A stretch of DNA of 64,000 nt, taken from NCBI RefSeq assembly GCF_002854065.1, contig NZ_CP024147.1. One strand, written 5' to 3'. The position numbers were made by a program, and so were the translations under genes. The stretch comes from Escherichia coli (GTDB taxonomy: Bacteria > Pseudomonadota > Gammaproteobacteria > Enterobacterales > Enterobacteriaceae). The notes under the pieces are model-generated. The model was given only the letters and a program-made list of their open reading frames with translations, had not been told where the DNA came from and made no database searches. Of this stretch, positions 45,029 through 57,462 are shown piece by piece (position 1 is the stretch's first letter; the number at the start of each line of letters is the position of its first letter).

Positions 45029-45395
45029 GTGAAGTGCGGCACCCCGTAGGTTGGATAAAGCGGTCACGCCGCATCCGACATCTAACGCCCGAGCCGGTTG
45101 CCTGATGCGACGCTGACGCGTGTTATCAGGCCTACACCGCTGTGAAGTGCTCCACCCCGTAGGTCGGATAAGGCGGTTACGCCGCATCCGACATCCAACG
45201 TCCGAGCCGGTTGCCTGATGCGACGCTGACGCGTCTTATCAGGCCTACACCGCTGTGAAGTGCGGCACCCCATAGGTTGGATAAGGCGGTTACGCCGCAT
45301 CCGACATCCAACGCCCGAGCCGGTTGCCTGATGCGACGCTGGCGCGTCTTATCAGCATACGCCACATCCGGCATACCATGCCGGATGTGGCACAT
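45029..45395. repeat. BIME/REP array: three tandem 113-bp units plus a terminal perfect hairpin
   Basis: Unit starts at 45029, 45142 and 45255 (period 113), each carrying two REP-like palindromes; followed by perfect 14-bp inverted repeat gccacatccggcat/atgccggatgtggc (45361-45391) abutting the mqo stop. Confidence 0.85.
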
Positions 45396-45397
45396 CA

Positions 45398-47056
<1,659 letters not shown>

Positions 47057-47261
47057 TTACTTTTAGTCGCTTTATTGCAGGTGAGATTTGCGCGGCATCA
47101 ACGGTAACACTTAAGTAACAACATTTAAATAATGTTTATAAATTATATTCTAATTTTAGAAACATTATAATTTCGTTGATTAATTATAGGGTTATTAGAA
47201 ATGAAGGGATTTTTAGCATATTGACCTGGCGGCAGCAGTCCGCCAGGTCAGCGTCGTAATA

Positions 47262-48905
47262 TTATGCCGTCCGGGCAACGGCATCACGCGAAGCGGCATC
47301 GCGCTCTTCGCCCGTCAGCTCGCTAAGTTGCCCGTTGCGCATCTCCAGCAGGCGGTCGGCGTGGATAAAGTAATGATCATCATGACTGATGGCGAAAATA
47401 GTTTTACCCATCTCCTGCATCAGCGGCAGCAACACCTGATAAAACTCACGACGGAAGTGTGGATCCTGATCCGCCGCCCATTCATCCAGCAGGATAATAT
47501 CGCGTTCTTCTGCCAGCGCCAGCAACAGCGCCACGCGTTTTTTCTGCCCTTTTGATAACTTCAGGTTAACAATACGCCCGTTGCTTAACTCAAGCTTATG
47601 AGCCATTTTCAGCTGCGCCAGCCACTTCTCAACCAGTTGCGGGTTAGCGGGTTTACCCTCCGGCCCCAGCAGTTGATCAAACAGCCAGACATCGGTAAAC
47701 ACTGCCGAAAACAGTTTGCGATAATCTTCCGGTTGTTCGCCGCTGACAGGTTTGCCATCCAGCAAGATTTCGCCGCTTTGTGGCTGATACAAGCCCGTCA
47801 ACAACATCGCCAGCGTCGATTTTCCGCTACCGTTGCCGCCAATCAGAAACAGCAGCTCGCCACGTTTGATGGTGAGATTAATCGGACCAACGGAAAACGC
47901 GTTATCCTGATAAGCAAACGTCACGTTACGCAGCTCCAGCGTTTGCCAGTTGGGAAACGCCTGCGGGCGCGGAAACTCTGCTTTGAAAGGCGCGAGCGCG
48001 AATTTGTTCAGCTTGTTAAACGCCACCTGCGCCGTCAGCAGCGTCGGCAATGCGCCAACCGCCGAAAGCAGCGGCGTACGCAGGAATAAAAGCGTCAACG
48101 AATAGGTCGCGGCAACGTTGGTATCAGCCCAACCGAGGCTGTTCGCCATCCAGAACACCAGGCCGATTGCGCCCAGCATCATGATGTTTGACCAGTTCAC
48201 GGCACTAAGATGGAAGGTGTCTGCGCGAATAATATGATGGCGATACTCTTGCGCATCAGGAATGTAGAGGTTGTTAAACACATACTCGGCGCGTTCCCGG
48301 TTCAGAGTCAGCTCTTTGCGCCCTTCAAGTACAGTTTGAAAATCCGTGTACAGCTTGTCTTCGGTTTCACGCAGGGTCGCCATATGTTTGTACACCCGCG
48401 CCACCAGCACAAAACCGCCCCAGATGGTGATCGCCATCCAGATAGCCGTTACCAGCAACATTTTGCCCGACAGCATCCACAGATACGCCGCAGAACCGAT
48501 AGTGAGAATGATCCCCTGCACCAGTTCCGGCAGACGCACAAAAGCAATGGTGATATTACGCACATCGCTGGTTAATCCCGCCAGCAACGAGGCGCTACCG
48601 AGTTGTTCAATGCGCTCGACGTGAGTATCCAGAATCCGCTTGATAAATTCACTACGCAGTCGGTAAACGAAGTGATGCCCCAAAGTGGTGAGCGCCAGTT
48701 GCGATCCGAGAGTGACTGCCATCAACAGCAGCAATAATCCCAGAAACTCCGGCAACACCAGCAGACTGGTATCCGCCGTTTCGATAAGGCGCTGATTGAT
48801 AAAAGCAATTAAGCCAATGCCTAAAGCCGCACTGGCGAGGCTTAGCGCCATCACACTGATAAATGGCCAGCGATACTGCCGCCAGACAAGTACAAGAAGT
48901 TCCAT
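47262..48905 (-). CDS. yojI: ABC transporter (fused permease/ATPase), microcin J25 efflux
   Basis: 547-aa ORF with N-terminal TM domain and C-terminal ATPase (GGNGSGKST); matches YojI as recalled. Confidence 0.9.
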
Positions 48906-48980
48906 GCAGAAAACCCGGACAATGAATTACAGCCCGCAGTTTAAACATCTTCGCGCGCACAGCAATAATAATTCTTATTT

Positions 48981-49631
48981 TTATTCTTTTTTACCTGCCT
49001 GACGGAATGTCAGGTTGTAGCGGCAGTCGGTGGTGAGTGGATGAAACCCCGCTTTCAACGGTTGAATACCGTGATAAAACAGCCGCGATTCACCGCCCCA
49101 TACCACCACATCGCCATGTTCCAACAACAAACGTTTGAGCGGATCATTACGTTTCAGGCCACCAAATTGAAAAATCGCGGGTAAGCCCAGAGAAACAGAA
49201 ACAATTGGCGCGCGCAGATCCGGTTCGTCTTTATCCTGATGCAGCGACAGTTTCGCGCCAGGAGCGTAGCGGTTGATAAGACAAGCATCTGGCTGGAAAT
49301 CTGGATAGCCCGCCGCCGTAGCCGCACGTTGACATAAATTATGAAAACTCTGCGGCATGGCGGGCCACGGTTTATTTGTTTGCGGATCAATGGGCGAATA
49401 GAGATAACCTTGCCGATGGGTCGTCCAGCCCAGATGCCCACAGTTGGTCATCGCCACCGACATGGTATATCCCCCGGGGGTGACCATCTGGCGAAACGGC
49501 GACTGGCTGGCAACGTCATTAATATCGCGGATCAGTTGCTCCGCAGCGTTAAAAGCAAAACGCCGTAAAATTACCGCACCAGCCGCCAGTGGCTCTTGCC
49601 ACGGTTCAGCATCGGCAAACAGATCCAACAT
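48981..49631 (-). CDS. alkB: Alpha-ketoglutarate/Fe(II)-dependent DNA/RNA demethylase AlkB
   Basis: 216-aa ORF, start/stop coupled to ada (1-nt overlap); matches AlkB as recalled. Confidence 0.93.
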   Translation of the reverse strand: MLDLFADAEPWQEPLAAGAVILRRFAFNAAEQLIRDINDVASQSPFRQMVTPGGYTMSVAMTNCGHLGWTTHRQGYLYSPIDPQTNKPWPAMPQSFHNLCQRAATAAGYPDFQPDACLINRYAPGAKLSLHQDKDEPDLRAPIVSVSLGLPAIFQFGGLKRNDPLKRLLLEHGDVVVWGGESRLFYHGIQPLKAGFHPLTTDCRYNLTFRQAGKKE

Positions 49632-50695
49632 TACCTCTCCTCATTTTCAGCTTCGCGGCGCAGCAGTTGCGCTTTGCGCGACGCGCCCCAGCGGTAACCT
49701 GAAAGCGATCCATCACCGCGTACTACCCGATGACAGGGTATAACGATAGCCAGCTTGTTGGCGGCACAGGCACTTGCAACGGCCCGTACCGCTTTCGGTT
49801 TGCCGATGGCGTTAGCCAGTTGCTGATAACTGACGGTTTCACCGCAAGGTATCGTGCGCAGTGCCTGCCAGACTTGTTGCTGAAAAGCAGTGCCGCGAAT
49901 ATCCAGCGGTAACGTCAGCGGCGTATCGCGTTGATTGAGGCTGGCGATCACTTCACGCACATGTTGCTGAAACGTCAGATCGGCAGGCGCGTTGTCGGCA
50001 GCGGGAAACATCTGCTGCAACTCGCTGATTAATGTCGCGTCATCATCGCCCAGCAATATCGCGCAAATCCCCCGCTCGCTTTCTGCCACCAGGCAACGAC
50101 CCAGCGCACAATCAGCCAGCGCGTAACGCACCGCCAGATTTTCGCCACCGTGACGGAATTGTTTAGCCGTCATGCCCAGCGTTTCGTCAGCTTTGCGGTA
50201 GTAACTGCTGCTGTCGGGGAATCCGGCGTTAAGAATAGACGTCGTCACGCTCTCCCCTTTCGCCAGCGATTCGCGCAAACGGCGAACGCGCCAGGCCTGT
50301 TGCCAGGCTTTAGGCGTCATTCCGGTAGTCGCTTTAAACAACCGATGCAGATGGAACGGACTCATCGCCACCTGGTCGGCTAAGACTTCCAGCGTTACAG
50401 GCGTTTCCTGTTCCAGCAGTCGACACGCGTGGGTGATTTTATCCAACCGATGTTGCCGGGGATTGGCTTTGTCTGGCTGACAACGTTTGCAGGGGCGAAA
50501 TCCGGCGGCGAGTGCCTCGCTGGCATTTGCGTAGAAGGAGACGTTTTCCCGCAAAGCATGTCTGGCGCGGCAAGACGGACGGCAAAAGATGCCTGTGGTG
50601 CGCACGGCGAAAACGAATTCGCCGTCGGCATTCGGGTCGCGGGCTAAGACAGATTGCCAGCGTTGATCGTCAGTTAAGCATGTGGCGTTTTTCAT
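49631..50695 (-). CDS. ada: Bifunctional transcriptional activator / O6-methylguanine-DNA methyltransferase Ada
   Basis: 354-aa ORF with N-terminal Cys cluster, AraC-type HTH and C-terminal PCHRV active site. Confidence 0.95.
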   Translation of the reverse strand: MKNATCLTDDQRWQSVLARDPNADGEFVFAVRTTGIFCRPSCRARHALRENVSFYANASEALAAGFRPCKRCQPDKANPRQHRLDKITHACRLLEQETPVTLEVLADQVAMSPFHLHRLFKATTGMTPKAWQQAWRVRRLRESLAKGESVTTSILNAGFPDSSSYYRKADETLGMTAKQFRHGGENLAVRYALADCALGRCLVAESERGICAILLGDDDATLISELQQMFPAADNAPADLTFQQHVREVIASLNQRDTPLTLPLDIRGTAFQQQVWQALRTIPCGETVSYQQLANAIGKPKAVRAVASACAANKLAIVIPCHRVVRGDGSLSGYRWGASRKAQLLRREAENEER

Positions 50696-50754
50696 AATCA
50701 GCTCCCTGGTTAAGGATAGCCTTTAGTCTGCCCGGTCACCATGGCACAAAAACC

Positions 50755-50775
50755 AACAATCTTGCGCTTTAATTT
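50755..50775 (-). promoter_or_regulatory. Ada box in the ada promoter
   Basis: Minus strand reads AAAAAAATTAAAGCGCAAGATTGTTGG; AAAGCGCA core at 50763-50770, about 70 bp upstream of ada ATG; overlaps the apbE stop codon. Confidence 0.7.
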
Positions 50776-51824
50776 TTTTCGCTGATAAGGAAGCTTTTAA
50801 ACTGCGGCGACATCCAGGTTTTAAAGCTATCACCTTCTTTGGTGATCATGTAGACCGCCAGCCCTTCCCGGCGAACAACCTCTTTGGCTTTCTCCGGCCC
50901 GAGCACCATTAAGCCAGTATCCCAGGCATCGGCTTCCAGCGCCGTCGGAGCAATCACCGTCACGGATACCAGATTGTGTTCGATGGGACGCCCGGTTTGC
51001 GGATCGATAACATGGGAAAGACGTTTGCCGTCCAGTTCGTAATAGTTACGGTAGCTGCCAGAGGTGCTAATCCCATGACCGTTGATATCCACCACAGCCT
51101 GAACCGCGTTTTCTTTATCGGTTGGTTTTTGAATCGCTACCCGCCACGGCAGGCCTTCACCGTTCATACCACGGCTGTTCAGCGCGCCGCCCACCGACAC
51201 CAGATAGCGGGAAATCCCTTCCTGCTCCATCAAGCGTGCCAGGTGATCCGCCGCATAACCTTCGCCGACGGTAGAGAGATCGACATATAAATCCGGCAGG
51301 TCTTTTTGCAGATATTGCTGATGCGACTGATTAATGACCGTCAGGTGCTGTAAGCCAGTTTTGGCTTTCATCGCATCGATCTGTTCCTGGCTCGGAATTT
51401 GAACCGGCTGTTGTTCCGGGCCAAAGCCCCACAGATTCACCAGCGGCCCGACGGTTATATCCATCGCACCATCGGTCCTTGCGCCAATGCGCAGCGAGGT
51501 GGTGACGATATCGGCCATCGCTTCACTTACCGGCCACGGCGACAAACTTTGCGAGTCGTTAAAGCGCATCAGCGCGGAATCTTTTTTATAGGTCGAAAGC
51601 AGCTGATCGTCGGCGTCCAGCTGGGTCTGAATCTTTTCTTTAAGTTCGGCGCTGCGTTTGGCGTCAATGCCCGGGATGCTGGCACGCCAGAAGGTACCCA
51701 TAGTTTTGCCTTCAAGAACGGTAACTTCAGTAGCGTGGGTTTTGGCGGGTTGTGGTTTTTGATCGCAACCAACAAAGAAGAGCGCGGCAGCCAGCAGTGC
51801 CACACGGGTAAAGCTTATTTCCAT
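50769..51824 (-). CDS. apbE: FAD:protein FMN transferase lipoprotein ApbE/Ftp
   Basis: 351-aa ORF with lipoprotein signal (FFVGC); matches ApbE as recalled. Confidence 0.92.
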   Translation of the reverse strand: MEISFTRVALLAAALFFVGCDQKPQPAKTHATEVTVLEGKTMGTFWRASIPGIDAKRSAELKEKIQTQLDADDQLLSTYKKDSALMRFNDSQSLSPWPVSEAMADIVTTSLRIGARTDGAMDITVGPLVNLWGFGPEQQPVQIPSQEQIDAMKAKTGLQHLTVINQSHQQYLQKDLPDLYVDLSTVGEGYAADHLARLMEQEGISRYLVSVGGALNSRGMNGEGLPWRVAIQKPTDKENAVQAVVDINGHGISTSGSYRNYYELDGKRLSHVIDPQTGRPIEHNLVSVTVIAPTALEADAWDTGLMVLGPEKAKEVVRREGLAVYMITKEGDSFKTWMSPQFKSFLISEKN

Positions 51825-51893
51825 ACGTGATTATCCTCATGCGAACGGTCGCAAGAGTACACCAAAAAACTGAGTTTGTACGCTGAAAACAAT

Positions 51894-51917
51894 GAAAAAA
51901 GGGCCCGCAGGCCCTTT
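51894..51917 (-). terminator. Intrinsic terminator after ompC
   Basis: Minus strand reads caaagggcctgcgggccctttttt: GC stem followed by U-run, 19 nt past the ompC stop. Confidence 0.75.
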
Positions 51918-51935
51918 GTTCGATATCAATCGAGA

Positions 51936-53078
<1,143 letters not shown>

Positions 53079-53164
53079 TTATATGCCTTTATTTGCTTTT
53101 TTATGCCACTGCATACTGATTAACCCTCATTAATCAGTCGGCAAGTCCATTCTCCCCAAAAATG

Positions 53165-53245
53165 CAGAATAATCCAACACGAATATGATACTAAAACTTT
53201 TAAGATGTTTCATTTATCGCTATAGATGTTTCAAAATGTAAATGC
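53165..53245 (-). promoter_or_regulatory. OmpR-binding region of the ompC promoter (C1-C3), shared with divergent micF
   Basis: Minus strand contains TTTACATTTTGAAACATCTA (53223-53242) and downstream repeats of the TGAAACATCT-type half-site. Confidence 0.65.
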
Positions 53246-53397
53246 AAGGGAACTTTTTAAGATTATTACGGAATGGCGAAATAAGCACCTAACATCAAGC
53301 AATAATAATTCAAGGTTAAAATCAATAACTTATTCTTAAGTATTTGACAGCACTGAATGTCAAAACAAAACCTTCACTCGCAACTAGAATAACTCCC

Positions 53398-53490
53398 GCT
53401 ATCATCATTAACTTTATTTATTACCGTCATTCATTTCTGAATGTCTGTTTACCCCTATTTCAACCGGATGCCTCGCATCCGGTTTTTTTT
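53398..53490 (+). ncRNA. micF: MicF antisense sRNA (represses ompF translation)
   Basis: GCTATCATCATTAACTTTATTTATTACCGTCATTCATTTCTGAATGTCTGTTTACCCCTATTTCAACCGGATGCCTCGCATCCGGTTTTTTTT: matches micF as recalled, ending in a hairpin terminator with U-run; divergent from ompC. Confidence 0.9.
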
Positions 53491-53801
53491 ACCCTTCTTT
53501 ACACACTTTTCATTATTCTGTGCTACCACAGAAAAACTATAACGCTTGTTAACTATTTCACAAATAATTAACATCAGCATAATTTCCAGCAATCTTTGTT
53601 TATTTGCAATTATTTTTGTTGGGCTTTTTGTAGGTTATTTGTACAGCAAAATGGCGCTTGTACATCTATTTCCCCCAATGCAGGATGATAAATATCACGG
53701 GAGAATAGAGAATCATCAATCAGGTAAGAGTCTGGAATTTCACACTGTACCCTTTATACTGCCCTATCACTTCGCGAAGTTTTAACAGGTCATAAACACG
53801 A

Positions 53802-56474
53802 ATGCGTCAGAAAGAGACAACGGCCACGACCCGCTTTTCACTCCTACCGGGGAGCATTACCCGCTTCTTTTTACTGTTGATCATTGTGTTACTGGTGACG
53901 ATGGGGGTAATGGTACAAAGCGCCGTTAACGCCTGGCTGAAAGATAAAAGTTACCAGATTGTCGACATTACCCACGCAATCCAAAAGCGCGTCGATACCT
54001 GGCGTTACGTGACCTGGCAGATCTACGACAACATTGCCGCGACGACCTCCCCCTCCTCCGGCGAAGGTTTACAAGAGACGCGCCTGAAACAGGATGTCTA
54101 CTATCTGGAAAAACCGCGCCGCAAAACGGAAGCGTTAATCTTTGGCTCTCACGACAACTCAACGCTTGAGATGACTCAACGGATGTCCACCTATCTGGAC
54201 ACATTGTGGGGCGCAGAAAATGTACCGTGGTCGATGTATTACCTGAATGGTCAGGATAACAGTCTGGTGCTGATCTCAACCCTGCCCCTCAAAGATCTCA
54301 CCTCCGGATTTAAAGAATCGACCGTCAGTGACATTGTTGATTCACGTCGTGCAGAGATGTTGCAACAGGCCAACGCCCTCGATGAACGCGAAAGTTTTTC
54401 TAACATGCGCCGCCTGGCCTGGCAGAACGGTCATTACTTTACCTTGCGTACCACGTTCAACCAGCCGGGACATCTGGCAACGGTTGTGGCTTTTGATCTG
54501 CCGATTAATGATTTGATCCCACCGGGTATGCCGCTGGACAGTTTCCGCCTTGAGCCAGACGCGACGGCAACGGGAGACAATGATAATGAGAAAGAAGGGA
54601 CGGATAGCGTCAGTATCCACTTTAACAGTACGAAGATTGAAATCTCCTCGGCACTCAACTCTACCGATATGCGACTGGTCTGGCAGGTTCCTTATGGCAC
54701 CTTATTGCTGGATACGTTGCAAAACATTCTGCTGCCACTGCTGCTGAACATCGGTTTGCTGGCGCTGGCGTTATTTGGCTATACCACATTCCGCCATTTC
54801 TCCAGTCGCAGTACAGAAAGTCTACCCAACACGGCGGTCAATAACGAATTGCGCATTTTACGGGCAATCAATGAAGAGATAGTCTCACTGCTGCCGCTCG
54901 GCCTGCTGGTTCACGATCAGGAATCGAACCGCACTGTCATAAGTAACAAAATTGCCGATCATTTGCTGCCGCATTTGAATCTGCAAAACATCACCACCAT
55001 GGCGGAACAGCATCAGGGGATTATTCAGGCGACGATCAATAACGAGCTGTATGAGATCCGCATGTTCCGCAGCCAGGTCGCGCCGCGCACACAAATTTTC
55101 ATTATTCGCGATCAGGATCGCGAAGTGCTGGTAAACAAGAAACTCAAGCAGGCGCAGCGTCTGTATGAGAAAAACCAGCAGGGGCGGATGACCTTTATGA
55201 AAAACATTGGCGATGCGCTGAAAGAACCTGCACAGTCCCTGGCGGAGAGCGCGGCTAAACTCAACGCCCCGGAAAGCAAACAACTGGCGAATCAGGCAGA
55301 TGTGCTGGTGCGGCTGGTCGATGAAATACAGTTAGCGAACATGCTTGCGGACGATAGCTGGAAAAGTGAGACGGTGCTGTTCTCCGTGCAGGATTTAATT
55401 GATGAAGTTGTGCCTTCAGTGTTGCCTGCCATCAAGCGTAAAGGTCTGCAACTGCTGATTAACAATCATCTGAAAGCACACGATATGCGCCGCGGCGATC
55501 GCGATGCCTTACGACGTATTTTGCTGCTACTGATGCAATATGCCGTGACCTCAACGCAATTGGGAAAAATCACCCTTGAGGTTGATCAGGATGAGTCCTC
55601 CGAAGACCGCCTGACGTTCCGCATTCTGGACACCGGAGAAGGCGTAAGCATTCATGAAATGGATAATTTGCACTTCCCGTTTATCAACCTGACCCAAAAC
55701 GATCGCTATGGCAAGGCGGACCCGCTGGCATTCTGGCTGAGCGATCAACTGGCACGTAAACTGGGCGGTCATTTAAACATCAAAACGCGGGATGGGCTTG
55801 GTACACGCTACTCTGTGCATATCAAAATGCTCGCAGCTGACCCGGAAGTTGAAGAGGAAGAAGAGCGTTTACTGGATGATGTCTGCGTAATGGTGGATGT
55901 TACTTCGGCAGAAATTCGGAATATTGTCACTCGCCAGTTAGAAAATTGGGGTGCAACCTGTATCACACCCGATGAAAGATTAATTAGTCAAGATTATGAT
56001 ATCTTTTTAACGGATAATCCGTCTAATCTTACTGCCTCTGGCTTGCTTTTAAGCGATGATGAGTCTGGCGTACGGGAAATTGGGCCTGGTCAATTGTGCG
56101 TCAACTTCAATATGAGCAACGCTATGCAGGAAGCGGTCTTACAATTAATTGAAGTGCAACTGGCGCAGGAAGAGGTGACAGAATCGCCTCTGGGCGGAGA
56201 TGAAAATGCGCAACTCCATGCCAGCGGCTATTATGCGCTCTTTGTAGACACAGTACCGGATGATGTTAAGAGGCTGTATACTGAAGCAGCAACCAGTGAC
56301 TTTGCTGCGTTAGCCCAAACGGCTCATCGTCTTAAAGGCGTATTTGCCATGCTAAATCTGGTACCCGGCAAGCAGTTATGTGAAACGCTGGAACATCTGA
56401 TTCGTGAGAAGGATGTTCCAGGAATAGAAAAATACATCAGCGACATTGACAGTTATGTCAAGAGCTTGCTGTAG
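53802..56474 (+). CDS. rcsD: Rcs phosphorelay phosphotransfer protein RcsD
   Basis: 890-aa ORF with N-terminal TM/periplasmic region and C-terminal HPt domain; immediately upstream of rcsB. Confidence 0.92.
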   Translation: MRQKETTATTRFSLLPGSITRFFLLLIIVLLVTMGVMVQSAVNAWLKDKSYQIVDITHAIQKRVDTWRYVTWQIYDNIAATTSPSSGEGLQETRLKQDVYYLEKPRRKTEALIFGSHDNSTLEMTQRMSTYLDTLWGAENVPWSMYYLNGQDNSLVLISTLPLKDLTSGFKESTVSDIVDSRRAEMLQQANALDERESFSNMRRLAWQNGHYFTLRTTFNQPGHLATVVAFDLPINDLIPPGMPLDSFRLEPDATATGDNDNEKEGTDSVSIHFNSTKIEISSALNSTDMRLVWQVPYGTLLLDTLQNILLPLLLNIGLLALALFGYTTFRHFSSRSTESLPNTAVNNELRILRAINEEIVSLLPLGLLVHDQESNRTVISNKIADHLLPHLNLQNITTMAEQHQGIIQATINNELYEIRMFRSQVAPRTQIFIIRDQDREVLVNKKLKQAQRLYEKNQQGRMTFMKNIGDALKEPAQSLAESAAKLNAPESKQLANQADVLVRLVDEIQLANMLADDSWKSETVLFSVQDLIDEVVPSVLPAIKRKGLQLLINNHLKAHDMRRGDRDALRRILLLLMQYAVTSTQLGKITLEVDQDESSEDRLTFRILDTGEGVSIHEMDNLHFPFINLTQNDRYGKADPLAFWLSDQLARKLGGHLNIKTRDGLGTRYSVHIKMLAADPEVEEEEERLLDDVCVMVDVTSAEIRNIVTRQLENWGATCITPDERLISQDYDIFLTDNPSNLTASGLLLSDDESGVREIGPGQLCVNFNMSNAMQEAVLQLIEVQLAQEEVTESPLGGDENAQLHASGYYALFVDTVPDDVKRLYTEAATSDFAALAQTAHRLKGVFAMLNLVPGKQLCETLEHLIREKDVPGIEKYISDIDSYVKSLL

Positions 56475-56490
56475 CAAGGTAGCCTATTAC

Positions 56491-57141
56491 ATGAACAATA
56501 TGAACGTAATTATTGCCGATGACCATCCGATAGTCTTGTTCGGTATTCGCAAATCACTTGAGCAAATTGAGTGGGTGAATGTTGTCGGCGAATTTGAAGA
56601 CTCTACAGCACTGATCAACAACCTGCCGAAACTGGATGCGCATGTGTTGATTACCGATCTCTCCATGCCTGGCGATAAGTACGGCGATGGCATTACCTTA
56701 ATTAAGTACATCAAGCGCCATTTCCCAAGCCTGTCGATCATTGTTCTGACTATGAACAACAACCCGGCGATTCTTAGTGCGGTATTGGATCTGGATATCG
56801 AAGGGATCGTGCTAAAACAAGGTGCACCGACCGATCTGCCGAAAGCTCTCGCCGCGCTGCAGAAAGGGAAGAAATTTACCCCGGAAAGCGTTTCTCGCCT
56901 GTTGGAAAAAATCAGTGCTGGTGGTTACGGTGACAAGCGTCTCTCGCCAAAAGAGAGTGAAGTTCTGCGCCTGTTTGCGGAAGGCTTCCTGGTGACCGAG
57001 ATCGCTAAAAAGCTGAACCGCAGTATTAAAACCATCAGTAGCCAGAAGAAATCTGCGATGATGAAGCTGGGTGTCGAGAACGATATCGCCCTGCTGAATT
57101 ATCTCTCTTCTGTGACCTTAAGTCCGGCAGATAAAGACTAA
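56491..57141 (+). CDS. rcsB: Response regulator RcsB
   Basis: 216-aa product from ATG 56491 (MNNMNVIIADDHPIV...), receiver + LuxR-type HTH; track ORF extends upstream in frame. Confidence 0.95.
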   Translation: MNNMNVIIADDHPIVLFGIRKSLEQIEWVNVVGEFEDSTALINNLPKLDAHVLITDLSMPGDKYGDGITLIKYIKRHFPSLSIIVLTMNNNPAILSAVLDLDIEGIVLKQGAPTDLPKALAALQKGKKFTPESVSRLLEKISAGGYGDKRLSPKESEVLRLFAEGFLVTEIAKKLNRSIKTISSQKKSAMMKLGVENDIALLNYLSSVTLSPADKD

Positions 57142-57147
57142 TCATCT

Positions 57148-57462
57148 GTAGGCCAGATAAGACGCGTTAGTGTCTTATCTGGCATTTGCACCGATTGCCG
57201 GATGCGGCGTAAACGCCTTATCCGTCCTACGATTCCCATTATTTCAACAGATTACATTAAAGTAGGCCAGATAAGACGCGTCAGCGTCGCATCTGGCATT
57301 TGCACTGAATGCCAGATGCGGCGTAAACGCCTTATCCGTCCTACGATTCCCATTATTTCAACAGATTACATTAAAGTAGGCCAGATAAGACGCGTCAGCG
57401 TCGCATCTGGCATTTGCACTGAATGCCAGATGCGGCGTAAACGCCTTATCCGTCCTACGAAT
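57148..57462. repeat. BIME/REP array: three tandem 114-bp units between convergent rcsB and rcsC
   Basis: Unit starts at 57148, 57262 and 57376 (period 114), each carrying REP-like palindromes (gccagataagacgcg...cgcatctggc and gccagatgcggcgtaaacgccttatcc); last unit runs into the rcsC stop codon. Confidence 0.85.

Noticed and set aside
45029-45395. Tandem repeat arrays (here and at 57148-57462) considered as possible CRISPR arrays
   Set aside because: Units are 113-114 bp with no alternation of short repeats and unique spacers; they carry REP-type palindromes typical of BIMEs, and there are no cas genes in the window.
47222-47250. Hairpin gacctggcgg/ccgccaggtc downstream of yojI, considered as an intrinsic terminator
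   Set aside because: Good 10-bp stem but no U-run on the minus strand; left unannotated.
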